Source: Mobula hypostoma
Lineage: Eukaryota
Reading direction: 5' to 3'
DNA length: 64,000 nucleotides
Assembly (NCBI RefSeq): GCF_963921235.1
Contig: NC_086108.1
Coordinates: 5,704,001 to 5,768,000, forward strand
Shown piece after piece: positions 53,051 through 64,000 of the stretch (position 1 is its first letter; each line of letters opens with the position of its first letter). Below the pieces are notes generated by a model, which saw only the letters and a list, made by a program, of their open reading frames with translations, was not told the DNA's origin and searched no databases. Made by a program: the position numbers and the translations under genes.

Positions 53051-54207
53051 CTCCTCCTGGGTTTCTCACTCCTTCTCCGCCACCTGTCCCGCATTCCTCC
53101 CTCACTATTCCCAACATCCATTGCTCCCACAAGGGGTACAAGCTCACTCTCTGCTCCATGTTGACGAATACAGTGCTAGATATATGTGCCCATGGCTTTT
53201 GCACATTACTGTACAAGAGAAAGAAAGAGTAAACACAAAGGTCAAAGTTCAAAGTAAATTTGTTGTCAAAGTATCTATATGTCACAATATACAACCCAAG
53301 ATTCTTTTTTTTGAAGGCTTTCAAAGTAGAGCTCTTATTCTGGCCTGAAGAAGGGTCTCAGTCTGAAATATTGGCACTTAGATTTGATTTTTTAGATTAT
53401 GGGGACACGCAGTCCTCTTTTATTGTCATTTAGTAATGCATGCATTAAGAAATGATATAATATTTCCTCCGGTGTCATATCACAAAACACAGGACAGACC
53501 AAGACTGAAAAAACTAACAAAACCACATAATTATAACATATAGTTACAACAGTGCAACAATACCATAACTTGATGAAGAACAGGCCATAATCACAGTAAA
53601 AAAAAGTTCAAAGTCTTTCGAAAGTCCCACATCTCACGCAGATGGGAGAAGGAAGAAAACTCTCCCTGCCATGCCCGACCACAGTCCAACTCTGAGTCGT
53701 CCGAAAACTTTGAGCCTCCGATCAGCCCTCTGACACCGAGTACCGAACACCATCTCTATCCAAACGATTCGACCTCAGTCTCGGTCGCCAACAGCAGGCA
53801 AAGCCGGGGATTTTGAGGCCTTCCCTCCGGAAGATTCTCGATGGCCCAGTAGCAGCGGCAGCGAACCGGGCATTTCAAAGATTTCTCCAGATGTTCCTCT
53901 GTGCTTTCACGTCTGCCTCCATCAAATCAGAATTGTCCACGGCCCCTATTTAACAAATACGATATAATTTTCACTGGAGATCTGCGCGTGCGCGCATGGC
54001 GCGCTGCTACCCTCTCCTCCCGCCACTTTATTCCTTTCCATAGATGCAGCCTGACCTGCTGAGTTCCTCCAGCATTTTGTGTGTGTTGCTCTGGATTTCC
54101 TGCATGTCTTGTGTATGTGGTGACATGTCCGCACCTTGGTAATAAAGTTATTTCGACTTTTGATGAAGGAGCAGGGAGACAGAACTGGACAGATTGCTTT
54201 TTACAGC

Positions 54208-54287
54208 AGGGGTTCCCAGTCTGTGGTCCATGGACCCCCTGCTTAATGGTTTTGGTCCAACGCACATAGAGGTTTGGGAACCTCTGC
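54208..54287. mobile_element. hAT/Charlie-like MITE
   Basis: caggggttcccag...tttgggaacctctg with an imperfect 8-bp TSD (ttttacag/ctttacag). Confidence 0.6.
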
Positions 54288-55483
54288 TTTACAGAGACCT
54301 GACACAGGGTTGATGCGTTAAATGGATTTATGTTCTACAGTAATTCAGATTCTGTGTGTGTGTGTGTTATTGTGGATCAGTAATGTTGCCTGGCCTATTT
54401 CTGCACGAATTCTATAGAATGTTTCATGGTGCCTCTGGGATCGACAAAGACGCTCTTCATTTTATCAGAGTTGCCGATGGAAAAACTCGAGCCTCCGAAT
54501 CTTGAGGCAGTCGAACAGAAAGCTCTCACAGATAGGTGCCTGTAGCATGCCTACGTACTCTCCAATTATGATTAATTCATCTGCTTATTGGGTGACAGGA
54601 TAGGATGCTGAATTATTGAAGCAATTAGTTGGGCGTTCCTTGCATAACTCCTAGAGGGATTTCCCTGACCTGCTTTGCCCTTCCCCTGCATTGTTTGCCG
54701 TAAATCTCTCCAGGGAGTTGTGAGGGGCAAGTTTTTTTTTTACAAATTGGTGCGTGCCTGGAGTGCGCTGCCTGGGGGGGGGTGGCAGTGGTAGAGGCAG
54801 AGACATTAAAGACGTTATGATAGGCATATGAATTTGAGGAAAATAGAAGGATATGAACATTGTGTCAGTGAGACCAAAGAGCTAATTGCGGACTTCAGAA
54901 AGGGTAAGACGAGGGAACACACACCAGTCATCATAGAGGGAGAGAGTGAGCAATTTCAGGTCACCGGGTGTCAGTATCTGAGGATCTAACCTGGACCCAA
55001 CATATCGGTGCAGCTATAAAGAAGGCACGACAGTGGCTATATTTCATCAAGAGTTTGAAGAGGTTGTTTTGTCACCAAAGACACTCACAAATTTCTACAG
55101 ATGTACAAAGGAAAGCATTTTAACTGACTGCATCACCATTTGGTATTGGGTGGGGGAGGCTACTGCACAGGATCAAAATAAGCTGCAGAAAGTTGTGAAC
55201 TCAGTCAGCTCCATGGTGTGCACTAGCCTCCCCAGTATAAAGGACATCTTCAAGGAGCGATGCCTCAAAAAGGCAGCATCCATCATTAGGGACCCCCATC
55301 ACCCAGGACACGCCCTCTTCTCACTGTTACCATCGAGGAGGAGGTACAGGAGCCTGAAGGCACACACTCAATGATTCAGGAACGGCTCCTTCCCCTCTGC
55401 CATCTGATTTCTGAATGGACATTGAACCCATGAGCTCACTACTTTTTATTTCTATTTTTGCTCTACTTATTTAATATAACTTT

Positions 55484-56745
55484 TACCTGGGGATGCAGCA
55501 GGTGCATGGAAGCCACGATGAGGACTCAAGGAAGACTGCAGCATCCAAGTACCTGCAAAGGGTGAGACTGGCCCTAAAAAGCCAGTTGAATGGGAAGAAC
55601 AAGATCAGAGCCATCAATACATTCGCCCTACCAGTCATCAGATACCCAGCCGCAAGAGTGTGCTGGCCAAGGAATGAACAGGAAGCCACTGACATCAGGC
55701 CCAGAAACTACTAACGTGCATTGAGGATTCCATCCAAAGTCCATTGTTGAACCACTGTACACCTGCCAGAATAAAGGAGGACGGGGACTTGGAAGTGTCA
55801 AGGTCACAGTCCAGGAAACATGCATGAGTATGTCAGGAAGATGGCCCTCACGGACAACCTGCAAGGCGATATACCTCAGACAGCAGGCAGGGGACATGGA
55901 AATGGAAGTGGGTGAAGCAGAGCCAGAGGCCCAGAGGCCCAGAGGCCATGGCAGGACAAGCCACTGTATGGGATGTCCCATCTCCAGGTATCAGAGGCGG
56001 CTGACATAAGAAAGCCCTACTAGTGGCTGGAAATGGCAGGGCTCAGGAACAGCAGAGGTGCTGCTCGTGGCTGCACCAGAACAGGTGCTGAGCAGTAAAA
56101 GCAGGGGTCTATCACACCAGACAAGACCCAAGATGCAGACTGTGCAAGGAGTGCTCTGAAACCATCCAGCACATAGTAGCAGGATGCAAGATGCAGGCAG
56201 GGACAGCAGACACTGAACAGCACAACCAAACTGTAGGAATCGTGTACAGGAACATCTGCACTGACTATGGATAGGACACTCCCAAATCCAAATGGGAAAC
56301 ACCCGAGAAGGTCATGGAGAATGACAGAGCCATGATCCTGTGGGACTTCCAAATACAGACTGACAAGCAGTTACTGGCCAACCAACCAGACATAGTAATA
56401 CTGGACAAGTATCAGAAGAAAGCAATCGTAATATAGATGTGGCAATCCTGAATGACAGTAGCATCAGGAAGAAAGAACGAGAAGCTGGAGAAATTCCAGG
56501 CTTGAAAGAGCAGATAGAAAGGGTGTGAAAGGTTAAAGCCTGAGTAATCTCACTCGGAGCTGTGACACCTGGACTGGGAGAGTGACTCCAACAAATCCCG
56601 GGAACAACATCTCAGGCCTCAGTCCAGAAGAGCACACCACTAGGAACAGCAAGGATACTCAGGCTCCCGGGTCTCTGGTAGAGGACCCGAGATCAAGGGA
56701 AAATACACAATCACACCACCCATAAGTGGTGAGAAAAAGAAAAAT
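55484..56745 (+). mobile_element. R4/Dong-like non-LTR retrotransposon 3' fragment (CCHC + restriction-like endonuclease), nested in a Rex1 3' end
   Basis: KYLQRVRLALKSQLNGKNKIRAINTFALPVIRY, then CRLCKECSETIQHIVAGC, HNQ, ILWDFQIQTDKQLLANQPDIV and EKLEK. Many stops and frameshifts. Confidence 0.82.
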
Positions 56746-58315
56746 GTATTTTTTTTAACTGAAATTCAGTTTTTTGGTATTTGTCATGTATTGCATTGTA
56801 CCCCTGCCGCAAGGTTAACAAGTTTCACGATGTATGCTGGTGATATTAAACCTGATTCTGAGTGTGCAGGTGGAAGAGGTTAGTTTAGTTGGCCATTTGA
56901 TTAGTAATTTAATTGTTTCAGCACAACGCTGTAGGTTAAGGGCTGTTCCTGTGCTGTACTGCTCTATGTTCTGTGTAAGAGAGAAGAGGACAGTGGATCA
57001 TGGCAGAAAGGGAAGGTGGAAGGGGGAAGAGACCATTTTATAGCTGCGGGAGCAGTGGTTAACGTGACGCTATTACAGCTTGGGGCGGTGGAGTGTGGAG
57101 TTACTTACGGCAATCGCGTTTGGGGTTCAATTCCCAACCGTGCTCTGTAAGGAGTTTGTACGTTCTCCTTGTGAACTGCTTGGATTTCCCCGGAATGCTT
57201 CGGTCTCTTCACACGGGGCAAAAGGCATACCGGTTGGTAGGTCAGTAGACCATTGTAAGCTGCCGTGGTCAGGCGAGGGTTAAATCGGTGATGCTGGGTG
57301 GCACAGGTCATTGGGTCTGTCTGGAAACCTCCGCCCTGTTGTCTTGTGGAGGTTGGACTACTGGGGCTATTTCAAGAGGACGCAGATAAACTGATAGATC
57401 TGGAAATTGAGGGTAGTAGGAAACTAGTGTTTAGGGCAGCAATGAAGGTCCTCCATCTCTGGTGGTGTTCAGGGCTTCCTTCATCATGTCAGTAGCTTCC
57501 TCTCGGTTTTCACTACTGTCAGTTATGCAAGTCCCGGGTGGAGACTCAGGAATACCGTCACACTCAGATGCAGAAGGATTCTTGATTGCTGTTCCCATAA
57601 CGATTTTGTTTGACCAGTTGGGGTAGTTAGCCCTGAGCTGAACCCCTGAATCTGGAGGACCAGTAGAGCACTCTTAGTCTGTCCTCTGCCCTGTGACACT
57701 ATTGAAAGCCAAAGCCTAAAGCCCCGACTCCCTGACTCCAGCCAGCATATCTCCCCGGGTCACTGAGGCACACAAGCTTCCAAGCCCCACGGTAAGGTTG
57801 CGGTTGTCTTGGAGGTTAATCCTCATTACTGAAGCATTAAAGAAAAAAAACACATGGCGCATAGGATCTTGCAAGGATCTAAATGTTTTTGATGTGATCT
57901 GTTCAGAATCAATATCTTGCAAGTGGACAGAATTGAGTGCTGTTACTGATTCAGCACAAAACCACATATGTCAGCAATCATTATAATTTTTAATGCTCCA
58001 TTGGAATTCTTTATTACAATTGTATTGATTACTGCTGCAGATTTTCCTGTCTTGCACTAATCTCCAGGAATCTGCCTGGAATTGGTTCGTGTAGTGTTTT
58101 GTGCGGTACTTGAATCAATTTCGGTGTGATGAAAAGCCATGGGAAATCATGGCCTTTAGAAGGAGTTTGGAGTTTTCCCCCACCTTCCTCTTGGTGTCAG
58201 ACACAAGATATAATACCATAAGACAGAGGAGCAGAATTAGGCCATTCAGCCCATTGAATCTGCTCCATGATTCCATCATGGCTGATTTATTATCCCTTTC
58301 AACTCCATTCTCCAT

Positions 58316-58757
58316 AATAGTCATAGTCATACTTTATTGATCCCAGGGGAAATTGGTTTTCGTTACAGTTGCACCATAAATAATTAAATAGTAATAAAAG
58401 CATAAATAGCTAAATAGTAATATGTAAATTATGCCAGGAAATAAGTCCAGGACCAGCCTATTGGTTCAGGGTGTCTGACCCTCCAAGGGAGGAGTTGTAA
58501 AGTTTGATGGCCACAGGCAGGAATGACTTTCTATGACGCTCTGTGTTGCATCTCGGTGGAATGAGTCTCTGGCTGAATGTACTCCTGTGCCCACCCAGTA
58601 CATTATGTAGTGGATGGGAGACATTGTCCAAGATGGCATGCAACTTGGACAGCATCCTCTTTTCAGACACCACCGTCAGAGAGTCCAGTTCCATCCCCAC
58701 AACATCACTGGCCTTACGAATGAGTTTGTTGTTTCTGTTGGTGTCTGCTACCCTCAA
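58316..58757 (-). mobile_element. Young Rex1 LINE 3' end nested in a CR1 3' UTR fragment
   Basis: ORF 58458-58757; (agtcat)n tail. Confidence 0.88.
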
Positions 58758-59034
58758 TCTTTCACACCCTAATCAAGAACATATCATCAAATGTTTTAAA
58801 TATACCCAATGATTTGGCCTCCACAGGCATCCAATTCAGCATCCTCGAGCTAAAGAAATTCCTCCTCATCTTTACTAAAAGAAGTAATCAGACACAGCAT
58901 CATGTGATCTATTGAATCGAATCCCAGTCTGATGAAGGGTCTTGACCTGAAATGACATCTGTCTATCTCCTTCCACGGATGCCTTCTGATCCGCTGATGT
59001 CCTCCAGTGTCACTTCTGCCATCCCATGATTACG

Positions 59035-59340
59035 TTGGATGACAAATTGTTTTGAAACTGTTGCCTCCTCAGATTTTTTTTGGTTTATGATAGACCGCTT
59101 GAAGCCGAACACAAACATAATTTCAGGCTACTTGTATATGGAGAAATTTGGAGAGACAATAAATTACCTTTTATTGAATATAATGTGTTTCGTGGCATAA
59201 TGGTGCTGATGCTTTGCAATAGTTCAACTAAGCTAAAAATGTTCTGTTGATGATTTTCATTTGTATGCAGTGTCAGAAGCTTCTCATTTAAGTGTCCAAC
59301 AATAATCAGCCAGTATTGATGGATTCCAGTTGCCCTGATG
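59035..59340 (-). mobile_element. Chapaev-like transposon terminal fragment joined to a Penelope fragment
   Basis: Homologous to 4720-5020 and 33560-33845. Confidence 0.65.
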
Positions 59341-60012
59341 CCCCTGCCCATTCACCTCCTCCGTTACCTCCATCAGGGCCCCAAACAGTCCCACCAGGTG
59401 AGGCAACACTTCACCTGCGAATCTGCTCAGGTCATCCATTGCGTCTGGTGAGGCCTGTTGTAAATTGGGGGACCACCTCGTCAAGCACCTCCAGCACATC
59501 CACTGCAAGCGGGACTTCCTGTGGCCAAAGATTTTAATTCCCATTTCCAGTCTCACATGTTGGTCTATGGCTTCCTCTTGTGCCAAGATGAGGCCAACCT
59601 CAAGGCAGAGGAACAACACCTAGTATTCTATCTGGGTGGTCTCCAACCTGATGGTATCAATATTGATTTCTCCTGGTAAACAGATTCTCCCCAACCCCTT
59701 CCTGTATTCCCCACTCTGACCTTGCCTACCTATTACTTCCACTGGGTCCCCTCCTCCTTCTCTTTCCCCTTGGTCCACTCTCCTCTCTTATCAGATACCT
59801 TCTTCTCCAGCCCTTGACCTTTCCCACCCATCTGGCTTCACCCATCACCTTGGTGCAATCCTCCTTCCCCTCCCCCCACCTTTTTATTCTGACATCTTCC
59901 CCCTTCCTTCTCAGTCTTGAAAAAGGATCTTGGCCCGAAACATTGTCTAACTATTCATTTCCATAGATGTGCCTGACCTGCCGAATTCCTCCAGAATTTT
60001 ATGTGTGTGTTG
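59341..60012 (+). mobile_element. Degenerate Penelope 3' end / pLTR
   Basis: Homologous to 26675-27428. Confidence 0.72.
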
Positions 60013-61004
60013 CTATATATAGCTAGGGTGCCTAAGACTTTTGCACAATACTGTAGTAATTTTATGTATTGAAGTGCACTGCTGCTGCAAAAACGAAAAA
60101 CAAATTTCATGACAACCCACACAAAATGCTGGAGGAACTCGGAAGGCCAGGCAGTATCTATGGAAAAGAGGACAGTCGACATTTCAGGCTGAGACCCTTC
60201 AGCAGGACACAAATTTCTCTTGTTTCAAATTTCATGACATATGTGAGTGATGATAAACCTGATTCTGATCTGGGTCTCTATTGTGGACTGAGAGTGGGAA
60301 GCGGGCAGGGAGAAGGGAATCATAGTTGAGAAAATGGGAAGGGAGAGGGAGGGAGTGGGGGGCACCAGAGAGACATTCAGTCAGTTCAGATTGGCAGCAA
60401 TATCTCCTCCACAATCTCCATCAGCACAGGTGCACCACTGGACTATGTGCTTAGCCCCCTGCTCTACTCACTTTACACCCATGAATGTGTTGCTGAGTAC
60501 AGTTCCAATGCCAAATTCAAGATTGCTGATGACACCACTGTTGTGGTTTGAATCAAAGTTGGTGATGAATCAGTATACAGGAGGGAGATTGAAAATCTGG
60601 CTGAGTGGTGCCATAACAACAACAGAGCAAGACCGAGGAGCTGATTATTGACTTCAGGAGGAAAACAAAGCTTTATGAACTAGTCCTCATTGGAGGGTCA
60701 GAGGTAGAGAGGTCAGAGGCAACTTTAAATTCCTGGGTGTTACTATTTCAGACGACCTGTCCTGGGCCCAGCACGAGAGTGCAATTGCGAACAAAACATG
60801 GCAGCGCCTCTACTTCCTTAGGAATCTGCGGAGATTCAGCATGATATCTAAAACTTTGACAAACTTCTATAGATGTGTATTGGAGAGTATATTGCATCAC
60901 GACCTGGTATGGAAATACCAAGGCCTTAAAATGGAGGATTTGACCAAGTACATCACAGGTGAAGCCCTCCCAACCTTTGAGCACATCTACATGAATCCCT
61001 GTAT

Positions 61005-61714
61005 CCATCCAGGGGGTCAGTGTGGACATGGTGGAGGATTACAAAATACCTAGGGATACGAATCGACAATAAACTGGACTGGTCAAAGAACACTGAGGCT
61101 GTCTACAAGAAGGGTCAGAGCCATCTCTATTTCCTGAGGAGACTGAGGTCCTTTAGCATCTGCCGGACGATGCTGAGGATGTTCTACGAGTCTGTGGTGG
61201 CCAGTGCAATCATGTTTGCTGTTGTGTGCTGGGGCAGCAGGCTGAGGGTAGCAGACACCAACAGAATCAACAAACTCATTCGTAAGGCCAGTGATGTTGT
61301 GGGGATGGAACTGGACTCTCTGACGGTGGTGTCTGAAAAGAGGATGCTGTCCAAGTTGCATGCCATCTTGGACAATGTCTCCCATCCACTACATAATGTA
61401 CTGGTTGGACGCAGGAGTACATTCAGCCAGAGACTCATTCCACTGAGATGCAACACAGAGTGTCATAGGAAGTCATTCCTGTCTGTGACCATCAAACTTT
61501 ACAACTCCTCCCTTGGAGGGTCAGACATCCTGAGCCAATAGGCTGGTCCTGGACTTATTTCATAATTTACTGGCATAATTTACATATTACTATTTAACTA
61601 TTTATGGTTTTAATAAATATTTATTTAATAAATAATAAATAGTAATATTATTTATGGTGCAACTGTAACGAAAACCAATTTCCCCCAGGATCAATAAAGT
61701 ATGACTATGACTAT
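61005..61714 (+). mobile_element. Young Rex1 LINE 3' end nested in an older Rex/Babar fragment (~60375-62000)
   Basis: ORF 61020-61541; (atgact)n tail; the host element resumes at 61715. Confidence 0.88.
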
Positions 61715-62723
61715 GTTGTAGGAAAGCAGCATCCATCATCAAAGATCCTCACCACCAAGGTCATGGTCACTTCCCCATCCATTGAGATGTTCACTTCCCC
61801 ATCCATTGAGATGTTCCCACAACCAATGATCTCACTTTAAGGACTCTTTATCTCATTATCTCATTATTTATTGCTATTTATTTATATTTGCATTTGCACA
61901 GTTTGTTGTCTTCTGCACTCTGGTTGATCTTTCATTGATCCTGTTTTAGTTTCTACTCTATAGATTTGCTGAGTATGTCCACAAGGAAATGAATTCTCTG
62001 GTCAATGAAGCAGTGGAGGCTTCCTCAGTAAATATATTTAAGACAAGGTTGGATAGATTTCTGCATAGTAGGGGAATTAAGGGTTATGGGGAAAAGGCAG
62101 GTAGGTGGAGATGAGTCCATGGTCAGATCAGCCATGATTTTATTGAATGGTGGAGCAGGATCGACGGCCAGATGGCTGACTCCTGCTCCTATTTCTTATG
62201 TTCTTATATATTCTTAATCTCTGAATCATATATGGTGACATGTATGTACTTTGACAATAAATTTACTTTGAACTTTGTACTGATCAATAAACCGATTGTT
62301 TGGAATCAAATGACCTTGTCTCAGGGCTGGGTGTGTCTGTACCCGTGCCACACCCTCCTTGCCCTGGCACTCCTCCTCTGCCACCTGTCCTACATGCCTT
62401 CCACTGCACTCCACCCTGGCTATGCCCAACATCCTTTGCTTCTGCCAGGTTTACAAACACGCTGTCCACTCCACGTTGACGAATACAGTACCCTGCAAGT
62501 CATAGCTGCCCTAGTAATGTACATGTACCTAAGACTTTTTGTACTGTACTTTGATAATAAATTCACCTTGCTTTGAACTTTGAATGCTCGCGAGAGAACG
62601 AATCTCAGGGTGGTATATGGTAACAGGTAGGCACTTTGATAGTAAATTCACTTTGCTGTTGAGTCAGATTACTGGGTAAATGTTTTCTCCATTTACTCTG
62701 AAACGGGCTGATCTATTTTCCAG

Positions 62724-62836
62724 AGAGGTCTAAAGTGAGATGCCAGGAAGACAGAGCCCAAGCGTTGGCACAAACCAGGAAGACAACGGACTCCATCATT
62801 GTCCCTGAATGTAATGAGGATGGCACCTTTGCACAG
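62724..62836 (+). CDS. SMOC1: SMOC1-type gene, internal coding exon (start of thyroglobulin type-1 domain; equivalent to exon 3)
   Basis: Acceptor tctattttccag| and donor |gtaatg; 113 nt, phase 1 to 0, compatible with the previous exon. Translates (E)RSKVRCQEDRAQALAQTRKTTDSIIVPECNEDGTFAQ, resembling SMOC1 CRLERAQALEQAKKPQEAVFVPECGEDGSFTQ. Not in the ORF track. Confidence 0.92.
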
Positions 62837-63362
62837 GTAATGTGGACAATCACTGCACTGAAGTGACGTAGAGGAAACACAGGATTACAGAAATACTTTT
62901 AGCAGGGTTATTTTTGTTATTGATATTTTGTGTATCGATGAATGTTAAACTATGAAATGCGGTTACTGGAACATCATCGGAACCAGAATCAGCGGTGTAC
63001 GTCATGAAATTTGTTGTTGTACATTGCGGTACATAATACAAACTGTCAATTACAATTAATATACATACATGAAATAAGTAGTGCAAAAGTAGTGAGGTAG
63101 TGTTCATGGGTTCAACGTCCGTTCAGAAATCTGATGGCAGAGGGGAAGAAGCTGTTCCTGAATCACTGAGTGTGTGCCTTCAGGCTCCTGTACCTCCTCC
63201 CTGATGGTAGCAATGAGAAGAGGGCATGTCCTGGGTGATGGAGGTCCTTAATGATGGATGCTGCCTTTTTGAGGCACCGCTCCTTGAAGATGTGTTGGCT
63301 ATTTCGAAGGCTAGTGCCCATGATGAAGCTGACTAAGTTTACATCTCTCTGCAGCTTGCTTC

Positions 63363-64000
63363 GAACCAGTGTGGATAACTTCATTCACCACAATGAGCCT
63401 CAGGTCCCACACCACCAGGTTCAGGAACAGTTATTACCCCACAACCATCAGGCTCCTGAACCAGTGTGGATAACTTCATTCACCACAATGAGCCTCAGGT
63501 CCCACACCACCAGGTTCAGGAACAGTTATTACCCCACAACCATCAGGCTCCTGAACCAGTGTGGATAACTTCACTCACCACAATGAGCCTCAGGTCCCAC
63601 ACCACCAGGTTCAAGAACAGTTATTAACCCTCAACCATCAGGCTCTTGAACAAAAGGGGATAACTACACTCACTTGCCCCATCATTGAAATGTTTCCACA
63701 ATCAATGATCTCACTTTATCTCCTACTCTCATTATTTATTGCTATTTATTTATATTTGCATTTGCACAGTGTGATATCTTCTGCACTCTGGTTGATCTTT
63801 CACTGGTCCCGTTGGAATCAGAATCAGGTTTATTATCACCGACATGTGTCGTGAAATTTGTTAGCTTAGCAGCAGCAGTTCAATGCAATACATGATAGTA
63901 TAGAAATAAAAAAAATTAAGTCAATTACAGTAAGTACATATGTTTATATTAAATAAACAAATAATAGTGCAAAACAAGAAATAATTTATATTAAAGGAAA
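63363..64000. repeat. Inverted near-identical copy of 51817-52453, including 3 units of the 95-bp repeat; runs off the window end
   Basis: The reverse complement aligns throughout, with only a few substitutions and a 1-nt homopolymer difference. Confidence 0.93.

Noticed and set aside
61767..61815. 24-bp direct duplication tcacttccccatccattgagatgt
   Set aside because: A small slippage or repair duplication at a deletion in a LINE remnant; no sign of function.

Overview
Eukaryotic, repeat-dominated vertebrate DNA. The CR1, Rex1/Babar, Penelope and V-SINE content suggests a cartilaginous fish, possibly a ray; this is an inference. The only host protein-coding sequence I can support is two + strand exons of a SMOC1-type gene (SPARC-related modular calcium-binding protein): the Kazal/follistatin exon (48621-48792) and the first thyroglobulin type-1 exon (62724-62836). 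I did not find the signal-peptide exon, so 1-48620 is probably intron 1. Most ORFs in the track are transposon fragments or noise. Mobile elements include two young CR1 LINEs, Rex1/Babar LINEs, a Penelope-like element with inverted terminal arms and a TSD, an R4/Dong-like RLE LINE fragment, Tc1 and Chapaev-like DNA transposons, a Gypsy remnant, a solo LTR and many SINEs/MITEs. Most notable: (i) intact minimal hammerhead-ribozyme cores in the Penelope arms, one in the sense of the SMOC1 pre-mRNA; (ii) a near-identical inverted duplication with a 95-bp minisatellite whose arms bracket SMOC1 exon 3; (iii) a candidate cryptic or alternative exon with a strong Kozak ATG in frame with exon 2; (iv) a Chapaev/Penelope chimeric junction present twice, 54 kb apart. 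Boundaries of degenerate repeats are approximate, and identities were judged by eye.
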